DNA of 56,316 nt from Candidatus Heimdallarchaeota archaeon (GCA_030668825.1 DAOVET010000008.1:1-56316); one strand, 5' to 3'. Counted from the first letter of the stretch, positions 9,388 to 19,228 are shown. Notes: a model not told the origin generated them from the letters alone. Program-made: numbers and translations.

Positions 9388-10755
9388 ATGAGGAAAACAT
9401 TTACGAGAATCAAACTAATTTTTTTAGTTTTGCTTATTTTTCATAGCTCAATTTTCTTGACTCATATTGTTTCTTCAAATCAAAATGGAATAAAAAATAA
9501 ACAAAACCATCAAACTGAATCATTCAACTTTGATTCTTTAGTTTCGAGTGAACCTATTCTGATTAGTTCTGATGATAATTTTTCAGATTATGGATTTTCT
9601 GGATTAGGAACACCTGATGAGCCATATTTAATTGAAAATCTGAACATTAATACATCTTCAAGCATAGGAATTTCAATAAATTCAACTTCAAAAAGTTTCA
9701 TAATTAGGAATTGTCAGATTGATGCTGAAAACATTGGTATTGGGATTATTAGTATTGTTCAAGGTACAGCTCAAATAGTCAATAATATAGTCAAAAATAA
9801 CAACGCTACAGGAATATTTCTTCTAGATTATTATCCGAGAGTTCCTGCTCCAGAAAATATGACAGGGGAGGAACCTTTACTTGATGAAAAATACGTAGCA
9901 AAAATATCAGCAAATGTAGTTTCAAATAACACTTATGGCATTTATATAGCTATTGGAATTTTTGGAAATAATTCTGCTGTTCTGATAGAGAAAAATACTT
10001 GTGAATTCAATCAACACCGAGCAATTGAGCTTATTGCTTCAGGGAGCGTAATTAAAGAGAATCAAATCAATTTTAATGCTGGAGGCATGTATCTACTTGG
10101 TTCAAACCTTACAATTTCAAACAATATCTGTAGTAACAATGATATTGGAATGGTCATTGGTGCTTACTTTAGTGAGATTTCAAACAATTACTGTGCAAAT
10201 AATAAAATAGGTATTGGAATTAACGGTTATCATTCCATCTTTAGTAATAACACCTGTACTAAAAACTCTTTGTATGGACTTGAAATATATAAGGCTTCAT
10301 CTCACATAAACATCACATATAACGAAATAAGCGAGAATCTGTATGGAATCAAAGCTATAGGATATTTTGTAACATATAATTACAATATTTTCGAGAGGAA
10401 TACACTATATGCAATATTTCTCAATTTAACTATAATTTTCGAAACACAAGAATATCATGCTTTCAATCATACTATTCATCATAATGATTTCATAAAAAAC
10501 AATAAAAATGGTAAGAGTCAAGCTTTTGATGAAGGATTTAACACAACTTGGTATGATAAAACAACACTTGAAGGAAATTATTGGGATGATCTGGGTAGGA
10601 GGACTGAATATCCTCTAGATGGTCCATTCAACACAGTTGATCCATATCCTCTCAAAAATCCAGCTGTATACATCAAAACAAGTTTTCCGGCTATTTGGGT
10701 ACTATTGGTTGCTTTAGTAATACCCATTTTTGTTAGAAGAAAATTAAAAAACTAA
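9388..10755 (+). CDS. Secreted/surface right-handed beta-helix (NosD/CASH-like) glycoprotein with C-terminal membrane anchor
   Basis: Signal-like N-terminus from ATG 9388, G.GT...PYLIENL.I motif, Asn-rich repeats, GNYWDD...D.YPL, many N-x-S/T sequons, and a C-terminal TM followed by RRKLKN. Confidence 0.85.
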   Translation: MRKTFTRIKLIFLVLLIFHSSIFLTHIVSSNQNGIKNKQNHQTESFNFDSLVSSEPILISSDDNFSDYGFSGLGTPDEPYLIENLNINTSSSIGISINSTSKSFIIRNCQIDAENIGIGIISIVQGTAQIVNNIVKNNNATGIFLLDYYPRVPAPENMTGEEPLLDEKYVAKISANVVSNNTYGIYIAIGIFGNNSAVLIEKNTCEFNQHRAIELIASGSVIKENQINFNAGGMYLLGSNLTISNNICSNNDIGMVIGAYFSEISNNYCANNKIGIGINGYHSIFSNNTCTKNSLYGLEIYKASSHINITYNEISENLYGIKAIGYFVTYNYNIFERNTLYAIFLNLTIIFETQEYHAFNHTIHHNDFIKNNKNGKSQAFDEGFNTTWYDKTTLEGNYWDDLGRRTEYPLDGPFNTVDPYPLKNPAVYIKTSFPAIWVLLVALVIPIFVRRKLKN

Positions 10756-10774
10756 TCTTTCCTTTCTTCTTTTT

Positions 10775-12262
10775 TCATATTTGATCAACTTGTTCTAAAT
10801 TACATATCCACAAAGGTTTCCTTTCTATGAATAGAAAAAGATATTCTGCTAAAGAACTATCAGTTTCATAGATTTCTCCTAGCTTTTCATCTGCTCCAAA
10901 AATCTTTAGTTTTTCCTTAATTTCGATTTTAAGGAATGAATCAACATTCAACATGAAAGTATTTTTCTTCACCAAACTTTCAAGAAATTCGAATACATTC
11001 TGACCTTTCTTTGTAAAGTGAATTACCCAGTGCTCATTATCTATAAATGGTCCTGCTACAACATCAACGTGCTTAGTATATTGCTGAAGGAATTTAAGAG
11101 ACTCCTTTGATGTAATTAAGGGTCCTTCTTTTCTAATTGAAATCTGTGGGTTTACATCCAACAATGACAAAAATAACCCATAATACTCATCGGAGACAAA
11201 TGCTTTTGATCTTTCCAAAATATAGTTATTGTTAAATAGCTCTACCTGAAAAGCATTCTTCATTGACATTGCTTTTTGCCAACAAATTTCAGTTTCCTGA
11301 AAATTTCGTTTAGTAGCCAGAATTACAAGTTGTCTGCCTGAAAAGATGATTTTCCGCATAAAGTCGGAATATGATGGAATCTCACAGAGAAAATCTTCAA
11401 AAAAACTAATTTTTGGTTCAAACCTATATGTATTAGCTGCAGCCACTAATGAAGTAAATTGATCAATAGAAACATCAGCTGCTACATTATCTTTAGGATT
11501 TAGAGGATCTGGTACATACAAAGGATAATATTTCAATAACATTTCACTTGTTAGAAGATCTACATCTTCCGACTTCTCAATGTTTTTCTTCAAATCTATA
11601 ATCGTTCTAGGTCTCCATTTTCCAATGTTTTCGATAGTTTTCTGAAATGTCCCATAAAATAAAATGAGTAATTCACAAAGATATCCATTAAAACCAATTG
11701 CACCTACTTCATTTCTGTAAACGCCTATGGTCTTCAGAAATTTCTTCAGTAGAAGGACTTCATTTCTATCTTCTTCTTTCATATGCGTAATCAGGTATTG
11801 AGAATGCATCGGGATTAAATCAAAGATGGATGTTGTTTCTTCTCCTGGTGTTACTTCAAAGCCTACAAAAAGATTAAAGAGTTCATCACCCGCAACAATT
11901 CTAAGATAGGGGATTTTTCCTGTATGTTTTGTGATTGTTATTGGATCCTTTTTTATTCTATCTTTTTTCAATCTTTTTTCCAAAGCATCTAGAATTTGGT
12001 GCATCTTTGGTTTATCTGCTCTTTGCAAGATTAGCATTAGATCGAATGTTTCGTCTTCACTTAGATAGGTTTTTCTGACAAAAGAACCTTGAGTTTCAAC
12101 TCTTCCAATATACCCTAAAGAACCTAAATCCTGCTGTATCTTTTCTCTGAGAATTGAAAGAATCTCTCTTACCCTCTCATGTTGTTCCCATTGGACTTGA
12201 ATTACTTCCAAAACTTTCTTTTCAATTACTTTTGAAGTATCCTTTGGGTCTTTTTTACTCAT
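10775..12262 (-). CDS. cca: Class I (archaeal) CCA tRNA nucleotidyltransferase homolog with degenerate active site
   Basis: GSFVRKTYL, NEVLLLKKFLK..GVY, GF.GYLCELL..FYG.F, DP....NVAA and C-terminal GP motifs are collinear with archaeal CCA enzymes. It sits beside thpR as usual. Catalytic residues are altered (see findings). Confidence 0.85.
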   Translation of the reverse strand: MSKKDPKDTSKVIEKKVLEVIQVQWEQHERVREILSILREKIQQDLGSLGYIGRVETQGSFVRKTYLSEDETFDLMLILQRADKPKMHQILDALEKRLKKDRIKKDPITITKHTGKIPYLRIVAGDELFNLFVGFEVTPGEETTSIFDLIPMHSQYLITHMKEEDRNEVLLLKKFLKTIGVYRNEVGAIGFNGYLCELLILFYGTFQKTIENIGKWRPRTIIDLKKNIEKSEDVDLLTSEMLLKYYPLYVPDPLNPKDNVAADVSIDQFTSLVAAANTYRFEPKISFFEDFLCEIPSYSDFMRKIIFSGRQLVILATKRNFQETEICWQKAMSMKNAFQVELFNNNYILERSKAFVSDEYYGLFLSLLDVNPQISIRKEGPLITSKESLKFLQQYTKHVDVVAGPFIDNEHWVIHFTKKGQNVFEFLESLVKKNTFMLNVDSFLKIEIKEKLKIFGADEKLGEIYETDSSLAEYLFLFIERKPLWICNLEQVDQI

Positions 12263-12265
12263 GAA

Positions 12266-12272
12266 ATCACCT
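12266..12272 (-). promoter_or_regulatory. Shine-Dalgarno site for cca overlapping the thpR stop codon
   Basis: The minus strand reads AGGTGAT-TTC-ATG. Confidence 0.6.
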
Positions 12273-12833
12273 TTTATCTAATGCGTCTACTTTGTAGAGT
12301 ACTGAATATTCTGGTCCTTCTGTTTTTAATATAGATTTTTTGAGTTGTATTGAATTAATTTCTTGAACTCCGCAGCTATATTCTGAAAGGTTCTTTATAA
12401 CCTTAATCAATTCGTCCTTATTTTTGGGAGATTTCACTCTTCCTATTGTTAAATGAGGTCTAAAAGGTCTAGAATCAACTCTGAAACCCTTATTTCTTAA
12501 TTTATTTCTGATTTCCTTTTGAATTTCCTTCAGCTTTTCAATCTCTCCATTTATTTCGCAATAAACAACCCTGACATACTTCTCATTTGGTAACACACCA
12601 GGTCCTTTTACTTTAAGTTTCAGGCTTTCAAATTCTATTTCTGAAAGCATCTCCGATAAGATAGTTATTTGTTCTTCCGATATTTCTCCCAGAAATTCCA
12701 TGGTTATATGCAAGATTTCTGGATTTACTAGTCTTACATTTGCACCTGAATTCTTTATTTGATCCTGAATTTCTTGTACTCCTTTCAAGACATTTTCATC
12801 TTCAAAGTTGATAGATATGAATGCACGAACCAT
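12267..12833 (-). CDS. thpR: RNA 2',3'-cyclic phosphodiesterase (2H phosphoesterase, LigT-like)
   Basis: MVRAFISI N-terminus (start set at 12833) and two HxT motifs, LHITMEFLG and PHLTIGR. Confidence 0.93.
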   Translation of the reverse strand: MVRAFISINFEDENVLKGVQEIQDQIKNSGANVRLVNPEILHITMEFLGEISEEQITILSEMLSEIEFESLKLKVKGPGVLPNEKYVRVVYCEINGEIEKLKEIQKEIRNKLRNKGFRVDSRPFRPHLTIGRVKSPKNKDELIKVIKNLSEYSCGVQEINSIQLKKSILKTEGPEYSVLYKVDALDKR

Positions 12834-12928
12834 TTTCAAATAACAATTTTCTATCATTTTATAAATTTTGACGAGGTTACAATTAATTTTCTTTAACAAC
12901 ATTTTTAATTGCCTTAATTATTCTCACA

Positions 12929-13516
12929 ATGAACCAAATGACTAAACCCAAAGCAACAATCATTGGAGTTACTGGAATGCCTGGTTCTGGTAAGAGTGAA
13001 TTCGCTAGATTTGCTGAAGAACTAGGTTATCAAACCGTTGTAATGGGTGATGTAGTCAGAGCAAAAGTCGTTGAGGAAGGATTCGAACCTACCCCTGAGA
13101 TGAGCAGAAAATACATGATCAAGCTAAGAGAGGATTTTGGTGAGACAGCTGTAGCCCATCTTACTTGTGTAACAATCGAGAAATTGAAACAACAAGGTAT
13201 TCACAAGATTATCATTGATGGAATCAGAAGTCAAGCTGAAGTTACACATTTCAAGAATCAGCTTAATAACGATTTTCTGATTGTTGCGATACATGTAGAT
13301 CCAAGACTAAGATATGATCGACTTAAATTGAGAGGGAGGAAAGATGCTCCCCAAATTGAAAAAGATTTTCGGTTGAGAGATGAAGACGAATTAAAACTTG
13401 GATTAGGAGAGACTATCGCTTTTTCAAATTATGTAATTCCAAATAATTTTGCTCTAAAATCTTTTAGAGAACAGTCATTAAGTCTTCTTGAAGAATTGAA
13501 CAAAAGGGTGAAATAA
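12929..13516 (+). CDS. UPF0200 family P-loop kinase (dephospho-CoA kinase-like)
   Basis: GVTGMPGSGKS, VMGDVVR, IDGIRS and R.R.D.P motifs. Confidence 0.85.
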   Translation: MNQMTKPKATIIGVTGMPGSGKSEFARFAEELGYQTVVMGDVVRAKVVEEGFEPTPEMSRKYMIKLREDFGETAVAHLTCVTIEKLKQQGIHKIIIDGIRSQAEVTHFKNQLNNDFLIVAIHVDPRLRYDRLKLRGRKDAPQIEKDFRLRDEDELKLGLGETIAFSNYVIPNNFALKSFREQSLSLLEELNKRVK

Positions 13517-13965
13517 TGCAAATAAAATTAAGTTTGCGAGTACCTCTTTTTCCTACTGAAGATGAAAGCAAAGTTATGATGTGTATCGAGAATTTACTTG
13601 GTGTTCAACCTGAACTAAAGCGTATTGACAGCACAGAAATCACTTATTTTACTGCTGAAAACCTTCCAATTGATATTTTGAAAAGATTGTTCAATCACAT
13701 AAGGCAAAATTTCATATTAGATTCTGTCAGGCAATGTATAATACGTGATTATTCCTCTAATTCTTTAGTTATCCCTCTACACAAACAAGCACTTTTTGCT
13801 AATAAAATTGCTTTTACTACTGAAGGCACATCTTCACCTTTAGGAGATGTTGAATTAATTATTCAACCTGATAATTTTGACAAATTCATGGAATGGTTTG
13901 TACCTAAAACAGAAGACGGAAAAGAATTGTCCCCTAGAAAATTTTCTGAAATCGCTAATCTTTAA
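13516..13965 (+). CDS. UPF0201/DUF54 archaeal RNA-binding-like protein
   Basis: PTEDESKV, LHKQA, SPLG and P.TEDG motifs. It is translationally coupled to UPF0200. Confidence 0.85.
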   Translation: MQIKLSLRVPLFPTEDESKVMMCIENLLGVQPELKRIDSTEITYFTAENLPIDILKRLFNHIRQNFILDSVRQCIIRDYSSNSLVIPLHKQALFANKIAFTTEGTSSPLGDVELIIQPDNFDKFMEWFVPKTEDGKELSPRKFSEIANL

Positions 13966-14875
13966 GTTTTAATCTAATTCTTAATCCATCCTCTGCAAAC
14001 TCACAGTTCGAGAATATTTTTCTAGAATCATTCAAAGATTCTTCCAAATTCTTGTGAAGTTCAGAGATATGTGTCATTATCAACCGTTTTGCTTTTGCTT
14101 TTTTTGCAACTTGAGCGGCGTCAATACAAGTAGAATGAAGGTATTTTCTCGCTCTTTCTTCTTCATAAGGGGGGTAGGTTGCATCATGAATCAAGAGATC
14201 AACATTTTTTGCAAATTCAATTACTTTCTCATCAAAAGGAGTATCGCCTGTAATGACAATTTTAAGGCTATTTTCCTCCACTTTGTCTAGAACATCGGAA
14301 GGAGAAATAATCTTTCCATCTATTTCTACAGAAATACCATTCTGAAGCTTTTTCCACATTTCTCCACGTGGAACATTCATCTCTGTTGCTTTTTCAACAT
14401 TAAATTTGCTCCTTTTAGGCTTAGTAACTAACCTATAACCAAAACTAGTATCTGAATGAGTAATAGGAAATGAATCTAAAACAAAATCCTTATTCTCTAA
14501 AACATTTCCACCAGAAGTTTCTATTATTTTGACTTCATATTCTGGCTTAAATCTATAAGCTAAAAACAGAAGAGAAACAAAGGTTGATGTCGAAGCTGGC
14601 CCTATTATAGTGATTGGTGTTTTAATATTGCGAAAATTCCTTGTTATAAGTAATCCCATAAGTCCTAGTGTATGATCAGAATGGAGATGAGTAAGAATTA
14701 TCGTTAATTTAGTGAACTTAATTTTTTGATCAATCATCTGGTATTGTGTTGCTTCCCCTAAGTCAAAGAGAAGAGTATGACTTCTGTATTTTACAACTAT
14801 TGCACTCTGTTTTCTGGTTGATTGAGGAGGAGCCGAAGAGGTTCCTAGAAAAATTATGGACATCTCATTTGACAT
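13955..14875 (-). CDS. rnz: Ribonuclease Z (tRNA 3' endonuclease)
   Basis: FLGTS..P, THLHSDH, exosite (VPRG.MW..LQ.G), GDT, HDATY, HST and THIS motifs. Confidence 0.93.
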   Translation of the reverse strand: MSNEMSIIFLGTSSAPPQSTRKQSAIVVKYRSHTLLFDLGEATQYQMIDQKIKFTKLTIILTHLHSDHTLGLMGLLITRNFRNIKTPITIIGPASTSTFVSLLFLAYRFKPEYEVKIIETSGGNVLENKDFVLDSFPITHSDTSFGYRLVTKPKRSKFNVEKATEMNVPRGEMWKKLQNGISVEIDGKIISPSDVLDKVEENSLKIVITGDTPFDEKVIEFAKNVDLLIHDATYPPYEEERARKYLHSTCIDAAQVAKKAKAKRLIMTHISELHKNLEESLNDSRKIFSNCEFAEDGLRIRLKLKD

Positions 14876-14879
14876 TCGA

Positions 14880-15908
14880 TCACTTTAAGACAAGAACTCT
14901 TCTTGTTAACGATTTATGGATGAATGTATCTATTAGTGTTACTATCTGATAATCAGTTTTTTCTACAATTGTTTCAGGTTCGAGAGACGAAGGGGTACAA
15001 TAGACAAGATGCCCGTTTTTCATCAAATACTCTTTTGACTCAATTAAAAAATCATATGTCAATTGTCCAACTTTTTCTCCGTGAGTAGATGATTGTAATG
15101 AATAAGGAGGATCAGTTGCAGCTGCATGAAAGAATTTTATGGGGATGTTTCGAGAATCTCCTTGAAGAAGTTCATAATTTGATTGTTTGAATTGTTTCAT
15201 ATTTCTAACTGATCCCTTGACTGCTTCAGAATCTAAATCTGTACCTATAGCATAAGCGCCCAAATAAGACGCTTCTAAAAGGAAACCTCCTCCTCCACAG
15301 AAAGGATCGAAAAAGATTTCACCTCTTCTTATTCTAGACAGATTAACCAGGGCTCTAGCATAATCAGTTCTCATTGCTCCTGGTCTGAAAAAATCTCTCT
15401 TGCCAGGCTCTCTAATAGAGTATTTTTTGCGATCAATTGACCATATTTCTAAACCTAAGAAGAATCGATTTTTTATTAGAATTGCTCGAAAAGTATAATC
15501 TGGGGACTTCAAATTAACCTCAAGTTTACTTTCTTCAAACTTCTTGTAGATATGATTTCCCAAATCTCTTTCTAAATCCATTGATTTAAGCTTAATTTCC
15601 TTTTTACCAATTCTAGTTACTCTTGAACAAAAAGTAGAATTAGTTTTTAATTCAGATATCTCATATGATTGTTGAAAGATTATTTTTTTATCATCAATCT
15701 CTCCAACATCTGTCAACTCAAGAAGTGAGTGAACAAAAGCACATCTACTTACTGCATAGATAGGATTATCATCTGTTTCAAAAATAACTGTTTGAGAGTT
15801 TACTTCCACTACCTTATACTCAACATTTTCTGCTTCTAATACTGCATATAGCTCTTCATACCCTAAAGGTTGAAAATGACCACAGATATGTGCAAGGTAT
15901 TTTTTCAT
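14880..15908 (-). CDS. trm11: tRNA (guanine(10)-N2)-methyltransferase, THUMP plus methyltransferase domains
   Basis: ARALVNL, DPFCGGGGFLLEA, TDPPY and HKSLTR motifs. Confidence 0.9.
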   Translation of the reverse strand: MKKYLAHICGHFQPLGYEELYAVLEAENVEYKVVEVNSQTVIFETDDNPIYAVSRCAFVHSLLELTDVGEIDDKKIIFQQSYEISELKTNSTFCSRVTRIGKKEIKLKSMDLERDLGNHIYKKFEESKLEVNLKSPDYTFRAILIKNRFFLGLEIWSIDRKKYSIREPGKRDFFRPGAMRTDYARALVNLSRIRRGEIFFDPFCGGGGFLLEASYLGAYAIGTDLDSEAVKGSVRNMKQFKQSNYELLQGDSRNIPIKFFHAAATDPPYSLQSSTHGEKVGQLTYDFLIESKEYLMKNGHLVYCTPSSLEPETIVEKTDYQIVTLIDTFIHKSLTRRVLVLK

Positions 15909-16804
15909 AGAAATTTTTCCCCAATAAAGTTACTAATCAGAGAACTAATATCAATTTGCTCTATATCTTCTCTTGGTACGGTGTTTGTTGATAGAATAGA
16001 ATCGACACCAATATTATACATCTTCTTGAAAACCTCAGAATCAGAGAGACCATGAACAACTATGAACTTAAGACTAGAAGGTCTTTTATCAAGTAGAATC
16101 TTGCTTGCTTTGATAGCTGTACCCCCAGAAGTGATTACATCATCAAAAAGAATGATAGTTTTTGATTCGCAATCAAAATCTGCTTCCTTGAACCGTACTT
16201 CATGACTTTGGGGGTCTCTATATTTTTCCAATATGAAACTCGATAAAGAAAGTTCCTTGGATAATGTATTAATGTCCTCTTGACTACCTTTATCTGGTCC
16301 AACGATAATCCATTCTTCGTTAACTTTATCTTTTAAGAAATCAGAAATTGCTGGAAGAGCACTAAGATCATACTTCTCCAAAGTTTCTGTTGTATTATGA
16401 AATACTTCTCGATTATGAACGTTAATTGTAATAAGTGAATCTAGTCCTGCTTGCCGAAGTAAATCCATAATTATTGTATGGGATACAACCTCTCCATCTA
16501 ATCTTCTTCTATCAGCTCTAGCATAACAGAGATATGGAACTACTGCAATTACTTTGTCAGCTCCTAGTTCTTTTAATGTGTTAGTTAAAAAAATTAGTTC
16601 AAGTAACCTTTTCTCTTGATTAGGGAAGGTTGTTTGAACAATAATTACATCTTCCTTCTCAAGATTTCCCTCAATCTTAAAATAGGTTTCACCATCTGCA
16701 AAGTATTTGTAAGATAAATTTAGCAGTTTCAAATCCAATTGTTCTGCTATTTTTTGAGCAAGTTGTTCTGAGTTGGGACCTGCAAGTATTTTCATATTAC
16801 TCAT
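15905..16804 (-). CDS. prs: Ribose-phosphate pyrophosphokinase (archaeal type)
   Basis: FADGE, PYLCYAR.DR, GPDKG, DDVITSGGT, VHG and STNT motifs. Confidence 0.88.
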   Translation of the reverse strand: MSNMKILAGPNSEQLAQKIAEQLDLKLLNLSYKYFADGETYFKIEGNLEKEDVIIVQTTFPNQEKRLLELIFLTNTLKELGADKVIAVVPYLCYARADRRRLDGEVVSHTIIMDLLRQAGLDSLITINVHNREVFHNTTETLEKYDLSALPAISDFLKDKVNEEWIIVGPDKGSQEDINTLSKELSLSSFILEKYRDPQSHEVRFKEADFDCESKTIILFDDVITSGGTAIKASKILLDKRPSSLKFIVVHGLSDSEVFKKMYNIGVDSILSTNTVPREDIEQIDISSLISNFIGEKFL

Positions 16805-16957
16805 GCAATTATAATCAGTTTGAAATTAAAGCCTTTTCATTTAAATTAAAGTTAGAATTTGTGCATAACTCACAGAATTTTTGACTTAAAACATATCTTT
16901 ATTAACGTCAGTAAACCTTATCAATTGAAAATACGGTTATCTATATTTGTGATATTT

Positions 16958-18901
16958 ATGGCGTCTGGAACTCAATCTAAAGCCAAGAAAAAGGCTAAGC
17001 CTAAAGCTAGAAAAGATGCACTATTGGACATTGAATTTAATGATACTAGTGAAATTTCCGTACCTCCTCGTTTAATTGATCAAGTAATTGGTCAAGAAAA
17101 TGCAACTGAAATAGTTAAAAAAGCTGCTTTACAGAGAAGACATGTTCTTTTGATTGGGGAACCAGGTACAGGTAAGAGCATGCTTGGTCAAGCAATGGCT
17201 GAGCTTCTTCCTAGAGAGGAGCTTGTTGATGTTTTATGTATAGCCAATCCTAAATATCCGAATCAACCACGTGTTGCTACTCTTCCTGCAGGTCATGGTG
17301 CGAGAAAGGTTGAAATGGATGCAGAGCTTGCCAGAAAGAGTGGAAATAAACGATTCATTATTTCTATTGCAATCTTACTAGCAATAATTGGTTATGCTCT
17401 GATAGCTACTGCTGGTAATCCTGCTAGTCAACCCCAGACTCTTTTGATGGCTATGTTTGTAGGATTTTTTATTTTCTTTATGCTTAATCAATCCAGATCT
17501 AAAAGTGAAATGCTTGTACCAAAATTACTAGTAGATAATAGTAAGAAGGATACAGCGCCCTTTAATGATGCTACAGGATCACATGCAGGAGCACTCCTTG
17601 GCGATGTTAGACATGATCCTTTCCAATCTGGAGGATTAGGAACTCCACCTCACGAGCGTGTCGAAAGTGGTTTAATTCACAAATCTCACCTTGGTGTTCT
17701 CTACAGTGATGAGATAGGGACTCTTGAGATGAGAACTCAACAAAAACTACTTACAGCCATGCAAGAAGGTAAATTGCAAATCACTGGTCAATCAGAACTA
17801 AGTAGTGGTGCAATGGTTAGAAGCGAACCTGTTCCGTGTAATTTTGTTTTAATTGCTGCGGGTAATATCGAAACTACTCGTAACATGCATCCTGCGTTGA
17901 GATCAAGGATTCAAGGATCTGGCTATGAGGTTTATATGACTGATACTATGAAAGATACTCCCGAAAACAGACGAAAGCTAGCTCGCTTTTGTGCGCAAGA
18001 GATTGTAAAAGATCGAAAAATTCCTCACTTCAAACATGAAGCAGTCGAAGAAATAATCTATGAAGCTCAACGAAGAGCTGACAAGAAAGACCATCTTACT
18101 TTACGATTACGAGAATTAGGGGGGTTAATTAGAGCTGCAGGAGACCTAGCCAAAGAAAATGGAGAGAATTTAGTATCAGCTGATACACTTAGAAATGCCA
18201 AGATTATTGCGAGAACTTTGGAAAATCAAATGAGTGATTCTTATGCTGATTCAAGAAAACTCTACAAAATCTTTGAAACTGATGATGCCATAATTGGAAG
18301 AGTAAATGGTCTTGCTGTTATCAATCAAAGATCAGGTATTGTAATGCCTATAGAAGCAGAAGTCGTTCCAGCTTTTAGTAGAAGAGAAGGAAAAATCATT
18401 GCGACAGGCCAATTACGAATTATTGCTAGAGAAGCTGTACAGAATGTTTCAGCAATCGTAAAGAAGTATGTCGGTAAAGATATTTCAGACTTTGATTATC
18501 ACATTCAATTTGTTGGTTCTTATTCAGGTGTTGAAGGAGATTCAGCTTCTATTTCAATCGCTGCATCTATCATATCAGCTCTCGAGAAAGCACCAATTAG
18601 GCAGGATACTGCTATGACCGGTAGTTTAACAGTTAGAGGAGTAGTTATTCCAGTTGGTGGAGTTACTGCAAAAATTGAAGCTGCATCTGAAGCTGGAATA
18701 AAGCGAGTCATTGTACCAATTCAAAATATAGATGATGTCAAGTTAGAAGAAAGGTATAAAGGAAAGGTGGAAATCATTCCAGTGTCAAACTTTCACGAAG
18801 TACTTCGAAATGCCCTTCCAAAGGAATTTAGCTATATTGCTAAGAAGTACGAAGCCTTGGCTTTAGAACATTCAGCACTTAACAATGATAAGAAGAAATG
18901 A
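16958..18901 (+). CDS. lonB: Archaeal membrane-anchored ATP-dependent protease LonB
   Basis: LIDQVIGQE, Walker A GEPGTGKS, two TM segments within the AAA domain, LLGDVRHDPFQSGGLGTP, catalytic GDSAS and GGVTAK. The start was set at ATG 16958. Confidence 0.95.
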   Translation: MASGTQSKAKKKAKPKARKDALLDIEFNDTSEISVPPRLIDQVIGQENATEIVKKAALQRRHVLLIGEPGTGKSMLGQAMAELLPREELVDVLCIANPKYPNQPRVATLPAGHGARKVEMDAELARKSGNKRFIISIAILLAIIGYALIATAGNPASQPQTLLMAMFVGFFIFFMLNQSRSKSEMLVPKLLVDNSKKDTAPFNDATGSHAGALLGDVRHDPFQSGGLGTPPHERVESGLIHKSHLGVLYSDEIGTLEMRTQQKLLTAMQEGKLQITGQSELSSGAMVRSEPVPCNFVLIAAGNIETTRNMHPALRSRIQGSGYEVYMTDTMKDTPENRRKLARFCAQEIVKDRKIPHFKHEAVEEIIYEAQRRADKKDHLTLRLRELGGLIRAAGDLAKENGENLVSADTLRNAKIIARTLENQMSDSYADSRKLYKIFETDDAIIGRVNGLAVINQRSGIVMPIEAEVVPAFSRREGKIIATGQLRIIAREAVQNVSAIVKKYVGKDISDFDYHIQFVGSYSGVEGDSASISIAASIISALEKAPIRQDTAMTGSLTVRGVVIPVGGVTAKIEAASEAGIKRVIVPIQNIDDVKLEERYKGKVEIIPVSNFHEVLRNALPKEFSYIAKKYEALALEHSALNNDKKK

Positions 18902-18907
18902 GCCGAA

Positions 18908-19228
18908 ATGACAACTTCAGGTTTTTACCATTATTATTGTGGGATTACTGCACAACCAAATGATGAAGGCCAATATGAAGACTTAGGAGAATTCGATCTT
19001 AATCTAAACATGATACAAAAAGAACTTGCAGAAAAGGAACCTAAGAGACAACCTCGATTAGAAACAACTTTTTTTCACGAAGATTGGATAGAAATTCAAT
19101 TTCTTTTCAGAGCTTCTTATAGAGATGGAACTGAGGATATTCAACGATACATTGACTTGGTAATAGAAGAACTTGAAGGACAATTAAATATCATAATTAT
19201 AGATTTTAATATTGAATCAATTTCCTAA
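18908..19228 (+). CDS. Hypothetical acidic protein
   Basis: 106-aa ORF 6 nt downstream of lonB with no recognised motif. Confidence 0.65.
   Translation: MTTSGFYHYYCGITAQPNDEGQYEDLGEFDLNLNMIQKELAEKEPKRQPRLETTFFHEDWIEIQFLFRASYRDGTEDIQRYIDLVIEELEGQLNIIIIDFNIESIS

Noticed and set aside
10775-12262. Calling the degenerate cca (or the desulfurase pair) pseudogenes
   Set aside because: Full-length frames with no stops or frameshifts, conserved structural motifs and a retained SD argue for expressed proteins.
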